Shown piece after piece: positions 62,167 through 64,000 of a stretch of DNA of 64,000 nucleotides (position 1 is its first letter; each line of letters starts with the position of its first letter). This DNA comes from Candidatus Eiseniibacteriota bacterium. GTDB taxonomy: Bacteria > Eisenbacteria > RBG-16-71-46. The stretch is from positions 1 to 64,000 of the forward strand of contig JBGAML010000003.1 in assembly GCA_044223005.1 (NCBI GenBank). Reading direction: 5' to 3'. A program made the translations under genes and the position numbers. The notes below the pieces were generated by a model. It did no database searches. It saw only the letters and a program-made list of their open reading frames with translations, and was not told where the DNA came from.

Positions 62167-63504
62167 CTACTGCGTGCCGAACCGCGGCTGGCCCTGCACC
62201 TGGTGGAAGACCACCTGGTTCTTGGGCGGACGCTTGGCCTTGAGCAGCGCCGTGTTCGCCGCGCGCCAGATCTCCTGCGGCGTGTCGGCGTGCTCGGGGA
62301 ACATCGCGACGCCGATGCTCACCGTGACATTGACGCGGTGCGCGCGGCCGTCGAGTCCCTCCAGCCGGATCGCGGTGCGCTCGATCGAGACGCGGAGACG
62401 CTCCGAGATCGCGAGCACGTCGTCGGCGACCACCGGCGGTGTCAGCAGGACGGCGAACTCCTCGCCGCCCCAGCGCGCCACGGTGTCGAACGGCCGCACG
62501 CCGGCGCGCAGCGTGTGCGCCACCTGCACGAGCACCTGGTTGCCGGCTTCGTAGCCGAAGCTGGTGTTGAACGACTTGAAGTCGTCGATGTCGCAGATCA
62601 GCAGCGCCAGCGAGCTCTGCTCGCGCTGGGCGCGGGCGATCTCGTTGCGGATCTGGAGGTCGTAGTACGAGCGGTTGTAGACCGTGGTGAGCGGGTCCAC
62701 GAACACGAGCTTCTCGAGCCGCTCGGCGCGCTCGATCACGCCGCCGCAGAAATCGGCGAGCAGCGCGATCATGGCCAGCTCCGCCGGCTGCCACGGATCG
62801 GGTTCGAGGCTGCGCACCTCGAGGTGCCCCAGCGCCTGGCCGTCGCTGCTGGTCACCGCGACGATCACGAACGAGCGCGCGGCGTGGGCGCGGCCCGCGG
62901 CGAGGAGCTGTCCAGCCCGTTCGGTGTCCGGGCAGTAGAACACCATCTCCTGGTGCTCCATCGCGTCCGAGGCCAGCGAGCGGTCGATGGGCGAGTCGCC
63001 GCCCGGTTCGAGCTCGTCGTCCTTGCCGAAGTAGCGCACGAGGGCCGAGTCGAGCAGTTCGCGCCCGGCCTGCTCGAGCTGCACGGCGAGGCCGGCGCGG
63101 GTCGTGCCCGTGCGCGGGTCGGTGAAGATGAGCGGATCGTCGAGCCGGATGAGCCGCCGCACCTGGTCGAGTCGCGCCGGCGCCTGCGTGGGCAGGCTGC
63201 TGCGCGACTGCATCCGGACGCCGTCGCGCATGCGCGGTCCCGGCAACTGGAGCGTGATGATGTCGTGGCGGCCGCGCGGCTGGTAACGCACGACAGGCTG
63301 CGCACCGGCGGGATCCTCGGGCAGGCGGCGGAGCGATCCCTGCTGCTCGAGTAGGTCGATCGCGTGCATCGCCGCGCGCTCGACCTCGACGGAGATCCCC
63401 GAGCGCAATGCCCGCTGCACGCGCATGCGGTCGAGGGGCGGAAGCTCGGCGACGGGCAGCAGCCGCTCGAGAAGGTCCCGGAAACCGATGTGCTTCTGCT
63501 TCAT
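62167..63504 (-). CDS. GAF-GGDEF diguanylate cyclase
   Basis: DPLTTVYNR, DIDDFK..N, RPFD I-site, WGGEEF, TVSIG; GAF-like region upstream. Confidence 0.9.
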   Translation of the reverse strand: MKQKHIGFRDLLERLLPVAELPPLDRMRVQRALRSGISVEVERAAMHAIDLLEQQGSLRRLPEDPAGAQPVVRYQPRGRHDIITLQLPGPRMRDGVRMQSRSSLPTQAPARLDQVRRLIRLDDPLIFTDPRTGTTRAGLAVQLEQAGRELLDSALVRYFGKDDELEPGGDSPIDRSLASDAMEHQEMVFYCPDTERAGQLLAAGRAHAARSFVIVAVTSSDGQALGHLEVRSLEPDPWQPAELAMIALLADFCGGVIERAERLEKLVFVDPLTTVYNRSYYDLQIRNEIARAQREQSSLALLICDIDDFKSFNTSFGYEAGNQVLVQVAHTLRAGVRPFDTVARWGGEEFAVLLTPPVVADDVLAISERLRVSIERTAIRLEGLDGRAHRVNVTVSIGVAMFPEHADTPQEIWRAANTALLKAKRPPKNQVVFHQVQGQPRFGTQ

Positions 63505-63673
63505 GGGCCCACCCGCCTCCTTGCCGGTTGCCCTGGCATGGTTCCGAACGCCGAGGTTCATCGAAGATGTGGTCTCACGGATGCACGAGTCCCGACGGAA
63601 CCGATGTCACGTGTCGAAAACAAGTGTATCACAGGGCCGAACGCCGCCGGCCCTGCCGCGGGGGCATTCCGGC

Positions 63674-63702
63674 TTGACGCCCCCGCGCTTGCTCCGTAGG
63701 TT
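63674..63702 (+). promoter_or_regulatory. Sigma70-type promoter candidate
   Basis: TTGACG-N17-TAGGTT upstream of the PTS IIA gene. Confidence 0.5.
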
Positions 63703-63748
63703 GCAAGCGATTCCGGTCCCATCCCATCGAACCCAACAGCGTGGTCCC

Positions 63749-64000
63749 ATGCGCCTTTCCGAACTGCTGATTCCCCAGGCGATCACGACCCGGCTGCAGG
63801 CCCGCGGCAAGCGCGAGGCCATCGCCGAGCTCGTCCAATTGCTCGAAACGGCGCACGGCCTCCAGAGCCAGGGCGAGATCCTCGACCGCGTCCTGCGGCG
63901 CGAGGCGATGATGTCGACGGGGATCGGGAATGGGGTCGCCATCCCGCACGGCAAGGCGCGCCTCGTCGACCGGCTGGTCGCCGCATGCGGCGTGTCGCCG
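63749..64000 (+). CDS. PTS IIA (Ntr/fructose-type) protein, truncated by window end; absent from ORF track
   Basis: MRLSELL..KREAIAELV..RREAMMSTGIGNGVAIPHGK. Confidence 0.9.
   Translation, partial: MRLSELLIPQAITTRLQARGKREAIAELVQLLETAHGLQSQGEILDRVLRREAMMSTGIGNGVAIPHGKARLVDRLVAACGVSP

Noticed and set aside
58550..62794. 1178-aa (+) and 1386-aa (-) ORFs as single giant proteins
   Set aside because: Each is a real gene (60185-62086 +, 58634-59986 -) extended by stop-free antisense sequence of its divergent neighbour

Overview
GC-rich bacterial chromosomal segment. FlgD-Ig/T9SS-like C-terminal domains, a PorV-like barrel and a C-terminal TWGxLK motif suggest an FCB-allied candidate phylum such as Ca. 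Eisenbacteria; this is an inference, not a database result. Left part: nucleoside-salvage genes (udk, rpiB with an encapsulation-peptide-like N-terminus, add) lie beside a translationally coupled operon. The operon encodes a TonB-dependent receptor, a PorV/PorQ-like barrel, two lipoproteins and a CTD-bearing protein, and is followed by a secreted multi-OB-fold protein and a beta-propeller phosphoesterase. Together these may form an undescribed nucleic-acid foraging system. Middle: a lipoate/Fe-S/NAD operon (thioesterase, E2, lipB, iscA-like, DUF2203-like, nadA, lipA), a giant TPR-transglutaminase, peptidases, metH, aceE, a second TonB receptor and clpB. Right: an IS1-like element with 24-bp inverted repeats and a cognate ~140-bp MITE 21 kb away. 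Next to it is a ~2.1-kb islet bracketed by two diverged copies of the 3' end of a PaaK/CapK-family gene; the islet holds four IS3-family right ends interleaved with two putative toxin-tip/immunity cassettes. The window ends with a GAF-GGDEF gene and a partial PTS IIA gene. No CRISPR array, rRNA or tRNA was recognised.
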